From positions 1 to 57,480 of the IMG/VR virus record IMGVR_UViG_3300046534_000186: a DNA stretch of 57,480 nt. The stretch is one strand, 5' to 3'. Source of the stretch: a virus (lineage: Duplodnaviria; Caudoviricetes). Positions 55,502-57,480 of the stretch are shown here, piece by piece (position 1 is the stretch's first letter; each line of letters opens with the position of its first letter). The notes below the pieces were generated by a model. It saw only the letters and a program-made list of their open reading frames with translations. It was not told the DNA's origin and searched no databases. Both the position numbers and the translations under genes were made by a program.

Positions 55502-55531
55502 TTGACTATTCTATTTGGCTCTTTGTATCAC
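55502..55531 (+). promoter_or_regulatory. Candidate host sigma70 promoter for RNAP1
   Basis: TTGACT-N18-TATCAC downstream of an AT-rich tract; a TGnTATAAG also occurs at 55477-55485. Confidence 0.3.
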
Positions 55532-55562
55532 ATGTATTACTAACTTAACTAAGGTATCAACT

Positions 55563-55682
55563 ATGAACAAGCAATTGATCACAAGCACAGCATTACGAAC
55601 TATTAAGCTAAAGCAGAAGAAGGATTTGATGGCTTTGTATTATGGAGCAAGAAGCACAACAAACGTATCAACAACTAACTAA
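55563..55682 (+). CDS. Candidate first early peptide (39 aa), not in track
   Basis: AAGG RBS after AACT repeats; MNKQLITSTALRTIKLKQKKDLMALYYGARSTTNVSTTN*. Confidence 0.5.
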   Translation: MNKQLITSTALRTIKLKQKKDLMALYYGARSTTNVSTTN

Positions 55683-55766
55683 GAGAACTAACTAATGACT
55701 AACTCAACTAACTCAACTAACCTAACTAACTCATCTACTAACACTAACACTAACGAGGAAGCAATC

Positions 55767-57480
55767 ATGACCGAAGCAAACAGAGAAGCATTCACAATCG
55801 AATCCAATCGCAGATCAGAATTCGTGAGCAAACTAACAAGCACACTTTACAAGAACGGACAAAGCACTATGGATAGCCTTGTCATAGCCACAGCGATGCT
55901 AGGGAGTATCGACAAGCTTGGCTTAGTAAGCATTGACAAGTGGGTTAAGAACGTGAATAAGTTCATACACAGGACAGGAGAGCAAGGGACTAGTATCATA
56001 GCATCCTCAGTGGATGGTACAACAACCCATAGAGACTTCGTGATACCCACATGGTTCGATACTGTGGTACATGCTGAGTTGATCACTAGGGATGGTGAGG
56101 TAGGTGAGAAGCTAATGAAGATGATTCAGAAGCCTGATAAGGCATATCCAGCACTAGCTGTGGATGGTGTGACTAGAAAGCATCCAATGATACCTAGCAA
56201 CTCAACGTACAAGTTAGGTAGTAGAGCATCAAACTTAGCAAAAGCTGGATTAGAGGTGCAGGAAGATACACCTTACACATCGAACAACTTCATGGTATCT
56301 TTAGCAGAAGGTGTTGGTAAGCATATAGAGTTAGATGATAGATATGTCATTGATGGCTCTAGGTTAATGATTAGCGAAGGCAACTTACCTAGAGTTAGTG
56401 AGCACAAGGCAGATCACAGGATCAGGACATATCAAAGTGATTGTCATGGTCCACAGTTTGCAGCTTCAGACATGAGTAGGTCATTCATGGACTTGTATGG
56501 GGTAAGCACAGACTATAGTGCAAAGAAAGTGGTAGCTGTCCTACGAGATGAGATGCTAGACATGATAACTGGCAAGACCATGAAAGATCTTGACCATGCT
56601 ATACAGATGCTTAGGAACTCAGGTGGCTTAGTTATGTTTATAGTTGAGCAACTAACCTTGAAGGGTCACGACAATGCAGACACATTGCCTGAAGAGTGTG
56701 TTGATGACTACATAGTAAGTAAAGTATGGAGCTTTGTCAAGGCTAACAGGTATCTGATGGCTATAGAGGCTGGTAAGAAGCCTTACATAGGTATGGCCTT
56801 TGGTGTAGATGCCAAGTGCTCAGGCCCACAGTTAGGCTCTATCATGACTGGAGACATTAAGTTAGCTGAAGCGTGTGGATTTGGTAGCAAGAGAGCTGAA
56901 CGTGATGCTTATGAGCTAGCAATTGAGATATGTGAGAAACGTGGAATATCTGGACTATCTAGGAAGGTTATTAAAACAGCATACATGGGTATATTCTACG
57001 GTCAAGCTTACATGACCTTCTGTGATATTAGCAGTTACGGAGCAAAGCCTGGACAACATAACCCTAGGCTCTTGAAGGTGCTAAAAGGTATCAAGGTAGA
57101 TGGAGTGAGTGATGCGCAAAAGCTTGAGGAACAAGCTAAGATCTTCCACGCAGCTATCGAATCCTCATTCGGTAACATGTCTGCTCTAAGGAAAGAGATT
57201 AAGCTGGCTCATTACCACTACGAGCAATCTGACAGTGGTATGCCGATCAAGGTATTTGATACTACAAAGCCTACTATGTACAGTATGCCTGATGGATCAT
57301 TCGTTGCTATGGATTATAAGGAGAAAGTAGATATACATGGTGAGAAGATACAGCAAGCTAAGCTAGCACCCGATGTCACTGTGGATATAGCAGGAGTTGG
57401 TACTCTGAAGTTTGAAAGGTTGAGTTTTAAGACAACTACTCCTAGTCTAGATAACCATGCTAGAACAGGGTTTGTCAACT
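55767..57480 (+). CDS. Single-subunit RNA polymerase 1, N-terminal and central part (695 aa when joined to 6..551)
   Basis: GAGG RBS; frame read by hand with no stop; DHRIRTY, motif A DAKCSGPQ (56808), motif B RKVIKTAYMGIFYG (56961); alternative in-frame ATG at 55695. Confidence 0.93.
   Translation, partial: MTEANREAFTIESNRRSEFVSKLTSTLYKNGQSTMDSLVIATAMLGSIDKLGLVSIDKWVKNVNKFIHRTGEQGTSIIASSVDGTTTHRDFVIPTWFDTVVHAELITRDGEVGEKLMKMIQKPDKAYPALAVDGVTRKHPMIPSNSTYKLGSRASNLAKAGLEVQEDTPYTSNNFMVSLAEGVGKHIELDDRYVIDGSRLMISEGNLPRVSEHKADHRIRTYQSDCHGPQFAASDMSRSFMDLYGVSTDYSAKKVVAVLRDEMLDMITGKTMKDLDHAIQMLRNSGGLVMFIVEQLTLKGHDNADTLPEECVDDYIVSKVWSFVKANRYLMAIEAGKKPYIGMAFGVDAKCSGPQLGSIMTGDIKLAEACGFGSKRAERDAYELAIEICEKRGISGLSRKVIKTAYMGIFYGQAYMTFCDISSYGAKPGQHNPRLLKVLKGIKVDGVSDAQKLEEQAKIFHAAIESSFGNMSALRKEIKLAHYHYEQSDSGMPIKVFDTTKPTMYSMPDGSFVAMDYKEKVDIHGEKIQQAKLAPDVTVDIAGVGTLKFERLSFKTTTPSLDNHARTGFVN
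57304..57480. repeat. Terminal direct overlap, right copy
   Basis: Matches 1-177 with one mismatch. Confidence 0.97.

Noticed and set aside
11-56086. Minus-strand ORFs in the track
   Set aside because: All are short, nearly all are antisense shadows of + strand genes, and none shows recognisable motifs
1-57480. Prophage or temperate lifestyle
   Set aside because: No integrase, repressor, partition genes or flanking host genes recognised

Overview
The window is an essentially complete, circularly permuted lytic myovirus genome with a unit length of about 57,303 bp. Bases 1-177 recur at 57304-57480 with one mismatch. All credible genes are on the + strand. The order is: early single-subunit RNA polymerase (spans the window ends and is mostly absent from the ORF track), a non-coding-rich early region, lysis genes, replication and nucleotide metabolism, a second single-subunit RNA polymerase, terminase, an accessory virion block, head, contractile tail, baseplate and fibres. 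The early region holds motif repeats, several structured RNAs, a tRNA-like element and a five-copy tandem paralog array. The replication module holds a primase, family A DNA polymerase, RNR, MazG, SSB, exonuclease, endonuclease VII and ligase. A T7-type RNAP in a ~57 kb myovirus resembles the Chaseviridae (phiEcoM-GJ1-like), which is an inference and was not searched. The most notable points are: two independent, motif-complete T7-superfamily RNAPs, suggesting a two-step transcription cascade; a YqaJ/lambda-exonuclease domain inside the tape-measure-position protein; a mosaic array of five Cys/His paralogs; a tRNA mimic with two T-loops; and a set of structured intergenic RNAs sharing a recurring hairpin motif. 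All protein calls come from motif recognition by eye and from synteny, and RNA pairings were found by eye.
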